Below the pieces are notes generated by a model that worked only from the letters and a program-made list of their open reading frames with translations, was not told the origin of the DNA and ran no database searches. A stretch of 64,000 nt of DNA from Bacteroidia bacterium (GTDB lineage: Bacteria > Bacteroidota > Bacteroidia > Bacteroidales > GWA2-32-17), in the NCBI GenBank assembly GCA_016218155.1, contig JACREQ010000069.1:95311-159310 (forward strand). Direction: 5' to 3'. Positions 19,344-28,333 of the stretch are shown here, piece by piece; the first letter of the stretch is position 1, and each line of letters begins with the position of its first letter. A program made the position numbers and the translations under genes.

Positions 19344-20924
19344 ATGGATCAGATAAGCGAAATTAAAAGACGACGTACATTTGCAATTGTTAGTCACCCC
19401 GATGCAGGAAAAACAACATTAACAGAAAAATTACTTTTGTTTGGTGGTGCTATTCACGAGGCAGGTGCTGTAAAGTCGAATAAAATTAAGAAAACTACAG
19501 TTTCCGATTTTATGGAAATTGAAAAGCAGCGCGGTATTTCTGTTGCTACTTCAGTAATGGGATTTGAATACAAAGGCTATAAAGTAAATATTCTTGATAC
19601 TCCGGGTCATCAGGATTTTGCCGAAGATACGTACCGTACTTTATCCGCTGTAGATAGCGTTATTATTGTTGTAGATGCTGCAAAAGGTGTTGAAACTCAA
19701 ACTGAAAAACTTTCAAATGTTTGCAGAATGAGAAATACACCCACAATATTTTTCTTAAACAAATTAGATCGCGAAGGATTAGACCCATATAGCTTACTTG
19801 ATGAAATAGAGAAAAAACTAAATATAAGCCTTTGTCCGATGACATGGCCCATTGGAATGGGCAGAACATTCAAAGGTGTTTATAATCTCTATAACGAAAG
19901 CTTGAACCTTTTCAGCGGGCAGGAAAAACAACTTATTGAAGATTCAATAAAAATTGATTCGATTGAAAGTAAGGAATTAGAAAAACATATTGGTGAAGAA
20001 GCTGCTAATAAGTTACGCGAAGATATTGAAGTTGTTAGGGGAGTGTATCCAAAATTAAACAGAGAAGAATATTTGGAAGGGCTTGTTGCACCTGTGTTTT
20101 TTGGTTCAGCATTAAATAATTTTGGTGTAAACGAACTTTTAAATTCATTTTTAGAACAGGCTCCACCACCTTTACCATCAAATACTAATGAAAGAATTGT
20201 TCGACCCGAAGAAGAAAAATTCTCAGGTTTTGTATTTAAAATTCATGCTAATTTACATCCATTGCACCGTGCACGTATAGCTTTTGTTAAAGTGTGTTCA
20301 GGTGTATTTGAACGCAATAAACCATATATGCATGTGCGACAGGGGAAATGGTTAAAATTTTCAAACCCTACTTCGTTCATGGCTGCTAAACAGTCTGTTA
20401 TTGAAGATGCTTACCCTGGCGATATTATTGGACTGCACGATACCGGTAACTTTAAAATTGGCGATTCATTAACTGAGGGCGAAATATTAAATTTTAAAGG
20501 AATTCCAAGTTTTTCGCCAGAATTATTCCGTTATGTTGAAAACAGTGATCCTTTTAAATCCAAACAACTTGCAAAAGGTTTGGAGCAATTAACCGATGAA
20601 GGTGTTGCACAATTGTTTACCCATAAAACTTCAAACCGCAAAATTATTGGTACAGTTGGTGCTCTTCAGTTTGATGTTATACAATTCAGATTATTAAACG
20701 AATATTCTGCTTCATGCAGATACGACTCTATACAACTTCATAAAGCATGTTGGTTTGTTAGTGATAACAAAGCACAAATAGAAGATTTTAAAAAACGCAA
20801 ATACAACTTTTTAGCTGAAGATAAATATGGGAGAGATGTTTTCCTGGCCGATTCTGCCTTTAGCTTAAAAATGGCTCAGGATAATTTCCCGGATATTCAG
20901 TTTTATTTTAAATCAGAGTTTTAA
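19344..20924 (+). CDS. prfC: Peptide chain release factor 3
   Basis: [35 protein letters not shown]...[16 protein letters not shown] is the RF3 GTPase signature. The ORF track starts at the TTG at 19341. I prefer the adjacent ATG at 19344. Confidence 0.95.
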   Translation: MDQISEIKRRRTFAIVSHPDAGKTTLTEKLLLFGGAIHEAGAVKSNKIKKTTVSDFMEIEKQRGISVATSVMGFEYKGYKVNILDTPGHQDFAEDTYRTLSAVDSVIIVVDAAKGVETQTEKLSNVCRMRNTPTIFFLNKLDREGLDPYSLLDEIEKKLNISLCPMTWPIGMGRTFKGVYNLYNESLNLFSGQEKQLIEDSIKIDSIESKELEKHIGEEAANKLREDIEVVRGVYPKLNREEYLEGLVAPVFFGSALNNFGVNELLNSFLEQAPPPLPSNTNERIVRPEEEKFSGFVFKIHANLHPLHRARIAFVKVCSGVFERNKPYMHVRQGKWLKFSNPTSFMAAKQSVIEDAYPGDIIGLHDTGNFKIGDSLTEGEILNFKGIPSFSPELFRYVENSDPFKSKQLAKGLEQLTDEGVAQLFTHKTSNRKIIGTVGALQFDVIQFRLLNEYSASCRYDSIQLHKACWFVSDNKAQIEDFKKRKYNFLAEDKYGRDVFLADSAFSLKMAQDNFPDIQFYFKSEF

Positions 20925-20932
20925 TTTATTTT

Positions 20933-20970
20933 TTGTCATTCCGAGCATAGCGAGGAATCTGGTTCGAGAT
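20933..20970. repeat. Short dispersed intergenic repeat, copy B (ttgtcattccgagcatagcgaggaatctggttcgagat)
   Basis: About 31 of 38 positions match copy C. A partial inverted copy (ttctctcgctagcatc) lies at about 20997-21025. Confidence 0.6.
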
Positions 20971-21151
20971 TAAATTACATTCGTTGAATAAGTTCTTTTC
21001 TCTCGCTAGCATCTTGCGAGTGAGTAGCATATTATGGCATATTGCCAATTTCACACTCGCAGTAAAAACGTTAGTTATGATTTGTGCCTTTGTTAGAATT
21101 ATTTCCAACAAACTAAATAGATTTTAAAATATAAGAAAACTTATCTAAAGT

Positions 21152-21643
21152 CTATACAACCTTAAAAGTATATTTCTTTTGCGAAAAATAGCTTACAAAA
21201 ACAGTAACTATAGAAACTATCATGTTAGAAATGGTAGGATAAAAGTTAAAGCCATCAACCAATAATTTTAATCCTGCATAATTTATCAAAAGATTAATTA
21301 AAAACACAACAAAATAACGGAATAGCTGAACATGTCCGCGTAAATCGGAATCGTTGAAAGTAACATATTTTTGTAACAAAAAACCTGAAAAAAGTACTAT
21401 AGGAAATTTGATACAAAAAGTTGCAATATGTGAGCTTAATGTTATGAAGCCTAAATTAAGCATCTGATGCTGTAAAACAAATGTGTAAATCAGAAAATAC
21501 AGAATCCAGTCAAATACAAGGTTTCCTGCACCGGTAATTCCATATCTGAAAAATTGTAAAGTTGTATATTTTCGAAAAGGGGGATAAAAGAAATCAATAA
21601 TAGTGCGAATCCAGCCACCAATTATTTCAAAAACATTTCTCAC
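21152..21643 (-). CDS. GtrA-family membrane protein
   Basis: 163 aa with four predicted hydrophobic spans. FFRYGITGAGNLVFDWILYFLIY is a typical GtrA-like N-terminus. Confidence 0.7.
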   Translation of the reverse strand: MRNVFEIIGGWIRTIIDFFYPPFRKYTTLQFFRYGITGAGNLVFDWILYFLIYTFVLQHQMLNLGFITLSSHIATFCIKFPIVLFSGFLLQKYVTFNDSDLRGHVQLFRYFVVFLINLLINYAGLKLLVDGFNFYPTISNMIVSIVTVFVSYFSQKKYTFKVV

Positions 21644-21686
21644 TTACAATTAATTTTAACAAATTAAATATGATATTTCATGACCT

Positions 21687-21694
21687 CAAATATA
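21687..21694 (-). promoter_or_regulatory. Candidate -7 box (TATATTTG) inside a conserved AATTATTTTGTATATTTGA motif
   Basis: Lies 43 nt upstream of the start at 21643. The same extended motif recurs at 29595-29602 and 32015-32022. Confidence 0.4.
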
Positions 21695-21787
21695 CAAAAT
21701 AATTAATATTCACAATGCTTGAGGCTTAATAAAAGTCATTATTTTAATATTATGGTTTACAATACCATTGTTGGTATTATTTTAAAT

Positions 21788-21832
21788 AAAAAACAATAAC
21801 ACAATCTTTCGCGCTTGTGTTATTGTTTTTAT
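21788..21832 (-). terminator. Rho-independent terminator downstream of the 375-aa gene
   Basis: 13-bp perfect stem aaacaataacaca/tgtgttattgttt with T-runs on both strands. Confidence 0.6.
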
Positions 21833-21876
21833 TAATTAAGAAAAGATATTATTATAATAACATGTAATATTTGTTA

Positions 21877-23004
21877 TTACATCTTTCTCTTTTTTTGAAT
21901 ATTAAATCCAAACATAAAACCTATTGTTGAACCATCTCTTCTTGGAGCAATATAGATATTTACAGGAATATTTAAATATCCTGAATGAAATGTTTTTCCT
22001 ATTGCAAATACTAATCCTGTAGATAAGCTTATATCTCCACGACTATCAAGCTGATTTTTTATTTCATATTTCACATAGTTATTCCCATCATCAAAATATC
22101 CGGGCTCGTCATGAAAAGCATTCGTCGAATCGGCTTTCCATTCATTGCTTATGTTCCATTCATTATTTCTGTCGTAATAACCACGTGCTTTTTTAATTAT
22201 TCTAAAAGTAGGACCAAAACCAAATTCCCATGCTCCTTTACCAAACCTGAACCCAAGCATTGGTGTATAGCTTGGAATAAATCTTCCACTTTCTAAACCT
22301 CCAATCATAACAATATTCTCAACAAGTGCCTGAAAATTTCCGGCACTTATATATTTAAATTCATGTTGCCATCCAAAGTTAAATGTTGCAGGAAACATAT
22401 CAAATCCACCTGGTTTATTAGTTGAGAGTATTTTTGCCGATTCGCCCATAGTATAGGAACAGCCCATCCTTGGACCATTTAAGCGTAAAGTATTTTTTGG
22501 ACTTTCGATAGGAACATTATAATCAATAAGCTGTTCAACCATTTCCTGATCAGGTTTAATTCCTAATAATTTTTTTACCGATATTTCAATCATTTTCTGC
22601 ATCTCCGGTAAATTCAAATACTCTGTAGTTTCGTTCTTTTCAATACTTGATGAATTTACATCAATAAGTCTTAAAGTTATAACAATCTTTTCTCCAAATC
22701 TTTCTGCACTGCCAGAAATCATTTTATCAACTTTTAAAAGTTTTCCTGTTTCTACAAGACATGATTTTGCATAGCAGTTGTTCAGATCAATATTATTGTT
22801 TTTAATAATATCGGCTACTTCATACTTGTCGAGCACCGAATAAACATTTGTTTTTTCTACTTCAAGTTTTACTAAGTATCCCATAGTTTGAGCATCCTGA
22901 ACAACTCCTTTGCTGTCTATGTTTAATACAGCTACACTTTGTTTTGTCTGTGCGAACATTCCTACTGCGAAGAACATTGCTGCAATTGTCATTATTGTTT
23001 TCAT
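21877..23004 (-). CDS. Hypothetical outer-membrane protein (periplasmic TolB_N/LpoB-like module plus C-terminal beta-barrel-like region)
   Basis: 375 aa with signal peptide MKTIMTIAAMFFAVGMFAQ. The N-terminus reads VAVLNIDSKGV...KMISGSAERFGEKIVITLRLIDV. The C-terminus is rich in aromatic/glycine strands (GFMFGFNI). Confidence 0.5.
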   Translation of the reverse strand: MKTIMTIAAMFFAVGMFAQTKQSVAVLNIDSKGVVQDAQTMGYLVKLEVEKTNVYSVLDKYEVADIIKNNNIDLNNCYAKSCLVETGKLLKVDKMISGSAERFGEKIVITLRLIDVNSSSIEKNETTEYLNLPEMQKMIEISVKKLLGIKPDQEMVEQLIDYNVPIESPKNTLRLNGPRMGCSYTMGESAKILSTNKPGGFDMFPATFNFGWQHEFKYISAGNFQALVENIVMIGGLESGRFIPSYTPMLGFRFGKGAWEFGFGPTFRIIKKARGYYDRNNEWNISNEWKADSTNAFHDEPGYFDDGNNYVKYEIKNQLDSRGDISLSTGLVFAIGKTFHSGYLNIPVNIYIAPRRDGSTIGFMFGFNIQKKRKM

Positions 23005-23037
23005 TTTGTTTAAAAATTAAATTTATTATTATTAACC

Positions 23038-23835
23038 TTACATCATTCTTTGTCTAATATTTATTACTATTATGTCTGAAGCTATTCCTACAAGAAATCC
23101 CAATAATACCATTCCTGCTTTTTTACTATGAGCTGCTCTTTTATAACCTTTCTTATACCAACTATTTGTTTTGTATAAATTTTTGTTAGGATTTTTTTCA
23201 AGCCCAAAGCAACTTTGCTTAGCAGGAGTTGAAGCAATAATTATTTCAGGAATCCAGCCTACTGGAAAAAACACTCCCGATACCACTCCACCGGCAAATG
23301 CATAATTCCCTGTATAATACTTTTTGCTGTCAGAAATACCAAGTTTAAAATAGAATTCCATTGAATCTGCCTGTAATTTTTGAGTAATTATTGATTTATT
23401 GTAATCATTGTTATTTATAACATAGCTGCTATCAGATTTTAATAACTGCCTCTGTACAATGGTATCTTTTTTTATAGCTGAATTTTTAATAACATTCATT
23501 TGTGGTGCAATAGATTTAATATAAGGTTTATTTTCTCTCCCAAAAATTAGTGCATTAGAATTAACTAATTCAATCCAGTCAATATTTTCTATCATCATAT
23601 CATGAAGGCTGCTTTCTTTTTCAAATACAATGTATAAAGGGTGAATTTCTGTAATAAGACAGTTTTTTATTATACCATCTTTTTTTAGAATTAAATTAAC
23701 TCTTCCAATTGATGAAAGAATCACTTTATTGCCATTTAAATTAGGAATGGAATCCGATGATTGAGAAAAAAGCTTTTCTGTATTGCTAAGCATTATTAGA
23801 ATTGCTATAATCTGAATTAAAATTGACTTTTTCAT
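23038..23835 (-). CDS. Hypothetical membrane-anchored protein
   Basis: I moved the start to the internal ATG at 23835, which gives the signal-like N-terminus MKKSILIQIIAILIMLSNTEKLFSQ. There are C-terminal hydrophobic segments. The stop lies 33 nt before the next gene, which suggests an operon. Confidence 0.5.
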   Translation of the reverse strand: MKKSILIQIIAILIMLSNTEKLFSQSSDSIPNLNGNKVILSSIGRVNLILKKDGIIKNCLITEIHPLYIVFEKESSLHDMMIENIDWIELVNSNALIFGRENKPYIKSIAPQMNVIKNSAIKKDTIVQRQLLKSDSSYVINNNDYNKSIITQKLQADSMEFYFKLGISDSKKYYTGNYAFAGGVVSGVFFPVGWIPEIIIASTPAKQSCFGLEKNPNKNLYKTNSWYKKGYKRAAHSKKAGMVLLGFLVGIASDIIVINIRQRMM

Positions 23836-23922
23836 AATCGTTTTTTTTATCGTTTTGATGATGTAAAATTGCAACCGAAAGCAGGCGAATAAAAACGGAT
23901 TTATAATGAGAGGATTATTAAC

Positions 23923-23951
23923 TCAATTGATATTCAATAATTCAATTGATA
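23923..23951. promoter_or_regulatory. Two direct copies of TCAATTGATA (possible operator) in a divergent intergenic region
   Basis: Exact 10-mers at 23923-23932 and 23942-23951, each containing the palindrome CAATTG. They lie between the divergent 23835(-) and 24060(+) genes. Confidence 0.25.
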
Positions 23952-24059
23952 AAAAATAAAACCAAATTGCATTTTTGCGATTTTTACTAAAGAATTTCAG
24001 CAAAAAATTATATATTGCAAAAGAATAATATTGAATTAATTAATTTCAACTAAAATTAA

Positions 24060-25073
24060 ATGGCTGATAATTCGATTAAAAACCCAATTCAGTTAAAATT
24101 CTTTGAAAAACTTAAGCAATCGGTTTCTCAAAACATTTCTGTTGCCAATGAAATTGCAGATGTGCTTGAGATTAGTCAGGATGGGGCATACAGAAGAATG
24201 CGCGGAGAAAGTATTTTAAGTATGGACGAGATGATAAAACTATGCAAATACTTTAAAATATCTCCCGATGTTTCAACAATAGAGGACGAAACATCTGCTA
24301 CATTTCATTTTCAAAGAATGATTCACGATGAGAACGGTTATGAAGAATATCTTAAAAATATACTTAGCGATCTTCAAAAGATAGATAATTCAAACCCAAA
24401 ACATATTATTTATGCAGCAGGAGATTTACCTATATTTATTCAGTTTATTTCTCCGGAATATTCTGCATTTAAAGCATTCTTCTGGCAAAAAGCAATGTTA
24501 AATATTCCATCAATGGATGGGAAAAAATACAGCAATAATAACATTAAACCAGAAATATCAGAATTATGCAAAAAAATATCTGATACTTACATTCGTATTC
24601 CCTCTACAGAGATATGGCATTTCGACACAATACACAGTAACATAAAACTTATTGAATTTGCCTGGGAATCGGGAATGTTCTTAACAATTGAGGATGCATT
24701 AATTGTATGCGAACAACTTTCTGACATGCTTTTGCTTATTGAAAAACAAGCAGAAAAAAGTTCTAAATTCAGTAACGAAGAGCGTTGGTCTTTAAATGAA
24801 GGAAACTTTACATTATATCAGAGTGATTTTGTGCTAACAAATAATCATATATTTGTTTCTGCCGGAAACACAAAAACTCTTTATCTTACACACAATACTT
24901 TTAACTCTATTTTAACAACAAACACAGTATTTTGCAACGAAACCGAAGAATGGCTTAAAAACCTTATCAGAAAATCGACTCAGATAAGCGGGGTAGGAGA
25001 AAAGCAACGCCATAAGTTTTTTAAAAATGCTCAGGAAAAAATTGAGAACCTTGTTATGAAGATAAAAGAGTAA
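24060..25073 (+). CDS. Putative HTH transcriptional regulator of unknown family
   Basis: 337 aa. The N-terminus ISVANEIADVLEISQDGAYRRMRGESILSMDEMIKLCKYFKISPD looks like an XRE-type helix-turn-helix. The C-terminal 250 aa are not recognisable to me. Confidence 0.55.
   Translation: MADNSIKNPIQLKFFEKLKQSVSQNISVANEIADVLEISQDGAYRRMRGESILSMDEMIKLCKYFKISPDVSTIEDETSATFHFQRMIHDENGYEEYLKNILSDLQKIDNSNPKHIIYAAGDLPIFIQFISPEYSAFKAFFWQKAMLNIPSMDGKKYSNNNIKPEISELCKKISDTYIRIPSTEIWHFDTIHSNIKLIEFAWESGMFLTIEDALIVCEQLSDMLLLIEKQAEKSSKFSNEERWSLNEGNFTLYQSDFVLTNNHIFVSAGNTKTLYLTHNTFNSILTTNTVFCNETEEWLKNLIRKSTQISGVGEKQRHKFFKNAQEKIENLVMKIKE
25037..25073 (+). repeat. Direct repeat copy 1, the true 3' end of the regulator gene
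   Basis: aaaaattgagaaccttgttatgaagataaaagagtaa. 34 of 37 positions match 29716-29752, and the last 24 bp are identical. Confidence 0.9.
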
Positions 25074-25131
25074 CGGTTGTATTTTCATACAGATTTTCCG
25101 ATTGATTTAATATTGTGTTAGTTGTAGGCAA

Positions 25132-26007
25132 TTAATATTTTTCTGGTAGTTGTAATTTTTTAATTTTTGCATCTATACTTAGTTTAGATAATCCCAATTC
25201 CGCACGTCTTATGTCCACCTCTTTTATGTTTTCAATTGGCACATAATCGGAAATTGTTCTAAAGGTTCCATATGTTTGAAAACCATTCATTGCATAATTG
25301 TACCTGTCCAAAACAATCGCATAATCACTAAAAGAAATATTTCCTTTTAAAGCTTCAGAATATAAAAGGGGTTTAAAAAATGATTCCCAATAATGTTTTG
25401 TTGATGTGTTAGTTGTAGAATGCATTATTAAAATAATAATATCTTGATTATAACCAAGCGTTTTAAATCCTGGATATCCTTGTTCATTAATAAGTTCCAT
25501 TACATTTATTGTATTAATAGAATCTATTTCTGCCATATATTTATACTTACAGGCATCTTCATTTCTGTTACGAATAAATTGATCAACTTCAATCCATGCA
25601 TTAATTTTCGCAAAAGTAGGAAAATCTATTTCTGATTTTACTGATTTAAGATTCTCCCATAATTTGGATTTTTTTGCAAATTCAAAAATTGAATCATTTG
25701 TTTTATCTTCTAAAATTTCATCCAATTTAAAATCATATTTGATCATGTCAGATATTATCCGTAATGTCATTACAGTATCCTTTTTAGAGGCGAAAGCTTT
25801 TGCTGCATCTAGATTATCAAAAGGAAAAAGTTTCCCGAAAGTTGAAAATATTTGATTATAAATAATAATAGCTGAGTCTGTATTATTCTCAGATAAAAAG
25901 TATTCTACTTTACTAGACAAAACAGAATATTGCTTATAATCTTGAGCAAATGTATTTACTGAAACTGAACAAATCAGAAACAAAATCAGGTTTTTAATAT
26001 TTTTCAT
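25132..26007 (-). CDS. Hypothetical secreted protein
   Basis: The track ORF (25132..26160) reads through the upstream repeat element. The signal peptide MKNIKNLILFLICSVSVNTFAQ begins at the ATG at 26007. An alternative ATG is at 26031. Confidence 0.55.
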   Translation of the reverse strand: MKNIKNLILFLICSVSVNTFAQDYKQYSVLSSKVEYFLSENNTDSAIIIYNQIFSTFGKLFPFDNLDAAKAFASKKDTVMTLRIISDMIKYDFKLDEILEDKTNDSIFEFAKKSKLWENLKSVKSEIDFPTFAKINAWIEVDQFIRNRNEDACKYKYMAEIDSINTINVMELINEQGYPGFKTLGYNQDIIILIMHSTTNTSTKHYWESFFKPLLYSEALKGNISFSDYAIVLDRYNYAMNGFQTYGTFRTISDYVPIENIKEVDIRRAELGLSKLSIDAKIKKLQLPEKY

Positions 26008-26012
26008 AATAA

Positions 26013-26195
26013 TTTTATTTGTTAAAGTCATTTTGTATTGCTTACAGCTAAAGGTTTGCGGTTGAATTTGGCAGGCTTTTATTTGCAGTTGTGCTTGCCC
26101 CTTCGGGGTCAAACCGCTAAGAATATTATTTATTGTTATATTTGTCAAGTTGCACTTCACTGCTCGTTGTTTTCGTAGGTGGTGTTACTGATTGT
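26013..26195. repeat. About 180-bp structure-prone intergenic repeat, copy 1
   Basis: Core: ggtttgcggttgaatttggcaggcttttatttgcagttgtgcttgccccttcggggtcaaaccgctaag...attgttatatttgtcaagttgcac. It aligns with 26884-27072, differing by a few substitutions and indels in the core. Confidence 0.8.
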
Positions 26196-26214
26196 TTATT
26201 TATTTTTAAGAGAG

Positions 26215-26853
26215 CTATTTTCCTTTTTGTTTGTCATCAACACAATAGTATCTAAGAATTTTCCCATTCATGTCAATGAATACATAAATTTCCATATTTG
26301 ATATGTCTTTAATGCAAAAATCAACTAATACAATTGCAAATTCATTATTGTTAATGAAATAAGGAGAGGTAGCATAGATCATACCTGCATTTTCTTTTGC
26401 ATAGCGATAACCATTAAATGAAAATATTTGTTTTTGCTTATTATTCAATTTAATCCTAGTATTTCTGCAATGATCATAAATGAAGCTACATTTTGCATTT
26501 TTTCTTAAGTATCTTGATAATTTTCCAGCATTTTTATAACTTGTAGAATCATAAGGATATATTTTGTGGAATTCATCAGTCAGATTTGAAATTTCTTTAT
26601 TACACTGAATTTGAGTTTGCCTTATTAAAGTCGAATCTGATTTTGAAAAAATAAATTGTAATTCCCAATCCCAGAAAATATTTGCAGATTGAGAGCAACT
26701 AATTATTAGGATTTTTGAATCTGATGAGGGTCGCTTTAAAAAAGACTCTTCAGAGTCAACAACAAACTTTAATGCGATTTTCTCAAAATTAAGTTTTTGG
26801 CAAAAAGTATGTAGTGACAAGAATAAGATGGGAACTAATAATAATTGTTTCAT
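26215..26853 (-). CDS. Hypothetical secreted protein
   Basis: 212 aa with signal peptide MKQLLLVPILFLSLHTFCQ. I see no recognisable domain. Confidence 0.5.
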   Translation of the reverse strand: MKQLLLVPILFLSLHTFCQKLNFEKIALKFVVDSEESFLKRPSSDSKILIISCSQSANIFWDWELQFIFSKSDSTLIRQTQIQCNKEISNLTDEFHKIYPYDSTSYKNAGKLSRYLRKNAKCSFIYDHCRNTRIKLNNKQKQIFSFNGYRYAKENAGMIYATSPYFINNNEFAIVLVDFCIKDISNMEIYVFIDMNGKILRYYCVDDKQKGK

Positions 26854-26883
26854 ATTCTTTATCTTATATTTGTTAATAAATCC

Positions 26884-27072
26884 TTAAAGTCATACTTGTA
26901 ATTGTTTTTTATAAATAAGCGGTAACGGTTTGCTGTTGAATTTGGCAGGCTTTTACTTGCAGTTGTGCTTGCCCCTTCGGTGTCAAACCGCTAAATATTA
27001 TACATATTGTTATATTTGTCAAGTTGCACCACCCACCCAGTTTTTGCCAAACGTGTGTTACCAGCTGGCCTA
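26884..27072. repeat. About 180-bp structure-prone intergenic repeat, copy 2
   Basis: It shares ttaaagtcat, ggtttgc.gttgaatttggcaggctttta.ttgcagttgtgcttgccccttcgg.gtcaaaccgctaa and attgttatatttgtcaagttgcac with copy 1. The ends GGTAAC...GTTACC form a short inverted pair. Confidence 0.8.
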
Positions 27073-27082
27073 CTTTTCATAA

Positions 27083-28312
27083 TTAAAATTTTCGTACTGC
27101 TCGAACACGATAATTGATATCTTTATCACCTACATAACCTGATCCCATATCTATATTAATGCTACAACAATTATTAAATCTTTCTGTTGAACTCATATAC
27201 CATGCATCGTTTGGTATTGGCAACCCTGTTGAATAATTATCACCATCATTCTCTAGTATAAATGTAATATGAAAAGCATTAACTAATAATTGTCTTAATT
27301 CAAAAACTGATGGTAGATACCAATCAGAAAAACCTCCAAATATATACTGTGTACATAATAATGCACCACTATTTGTATGACCTGCTTGTGATATTATTGC
27401 TTGTGTATTTGATTGACCATCCCAAGTACTTTCAGCTGTTGATCCAATTGAAACATTAATAATGTTGCTCCATGGCATACCTGCACTTAAATCTGCAAGG
27501 CTTGCAATTAAACCATGTTGACGAGAATGGTCAACCCAAAATACAATACCACCTCCAAATAATTCGCCAACATAATGACCGCTTAATGAATTAGCAACCT
27601 GTGCCGTGTCATTTGTTTGGGGATTGATTAAATTGTACGCATAATTAGCGGTGTCGGAATAAATAGAAGTTGTAGCTGTTTGAGAATTAAATGCGAATGA
27701 TGAAGAATCAGAAAAATTAGAAGTTGCAGCAGTTTGGGCAAAATTTGCAGTCAAAGCAGTAGTAGCAGTATTAGCTGTTGCTGCCGATTGTGCATTATAC
27801 GCAAATGTTGCAGTGTCTGCATAGTTAGCATGATTTGAAGAATATGAGAACACTGCAGTGTCAGACTGTAATGAATGAAATGCATAAGGAACAGCCAACA
27901 TTTGTTGAATACCGACTAATTTATATTCACTATTACCTTTTATATCAATTTCTACTTTTAAAAAGTGTTTATAACTACCCCAATCAATATTTAAGAGACT
28001 TGTGTCAGGACTTAAACCAGTTAAAACACCGTGTCCAATAACAACGGTAAATAATCCATTCTGATCTGTGTTTGCTGTATGTGTTTCTTGATAAACGAGT
28101 ATTCCTGACACTTCTTCCTGTAAAATTGTAAACCGGATATTTATGATTTTGTCTGATAAAATATTTCCATTTACATCCATTCCGGCAATTTCTTTTCCAT
28201 TTTCGTCAATAGCAACAGCCTGATATGTTATGCCATCAACAACCTGTGCTTTAACAGTATTTATTGAAAATATTGTTACTGTAAAAACAATATACATATA
28301 TAACTTTTTCAT
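27083..28312 (-). CDS. Secreted fibre-like protein with a C-terminal DUF1566 (Lcl C-terminal-like) domain
   Basis: 409 aa with a signal peptide. The N-terminus GITYQAVAIDENGKEI...VYQETHTANTDQNGLFTVVIGHG resembles the N-termini of Bacteroidota tail-fibre-like proteins, from memory. The centre carries A/T/S/N-rich pseudo-repeats (ADTATFAYN, SDSSSFAFN, SDTANYAYN). The C-terminus GGIVFWVD...GFSDWYLPSVFELRQL is DUF1566-like. Confidence 0.65.
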   Translation of the reverse strand: MKKLYMYIVFTVTIFSINTVKAQVVDGITYQAVAIDENGKEIAGMDVNGNILSDKIINIRFTILQEEVSGILVYQETHTANTDQNGLFTVVIGHGVLTGLSPDTSLLNIDWGSYKHFLKVEIDIKGNSEYKLVGIQQMLAVPYAFHSLQSDTAVFSYSSNHANYADTATFAYNAQSAATANTATTALTANFAQTAATSNFSDSSSFAFNSQTATTSIYSDTANYAYNLINPQTNDTAQVANSLSGHYVGELFGGGIVFWVDHSRQHGLIASLADLSAGMPWSNIINVSIGSTAESTWDGQSNTQAIISQAGHTNSGALLCTQYIFGGFSDWYLPSVFELRQLLVNAFHITFILENDGDNYSTGLPIPNDAWYMSSTERFNNCCSINIDMGSGYVGDKDINYRVRAVRKF

Positions 28313-28333
28313 AGTCGATAAATTTATAAATAT

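Noticed and set aside
20926-21111. The 61-aa ORF on the minus strand between prfC and the GtrA gene
   Set aside because: It is composed of the short dispersed repeat plus its inverted partner. It has no convincing start context and shows repeat-driven codon content.
26008-26160. The 51-codon N-terminal extension of the 342-aa track ORF (MKCNLTNITINN...)
   Set aside because: The extension is a read-through of the repeat element. A clean signal peptide starts at the internal ATG at 26007, with 26031 as an alternative. The extension has no counterpart upstream of the neighbouring gene that carries the same repeat.
26013-27072. The idea that the intergenic repeats are integron attC sites, making this a cassette array or CALIN
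   Set aside because: The layout is tempting: same-strand cassettes with a repeat right after each stop, and GGTAAC...GTTACC ends in copy 2. But copy 1 lacks the complementary ends. The RYYYAAC/GTTRRRY cores are not met, and no intI gene is present. I kept it only as a generic repeat finding.
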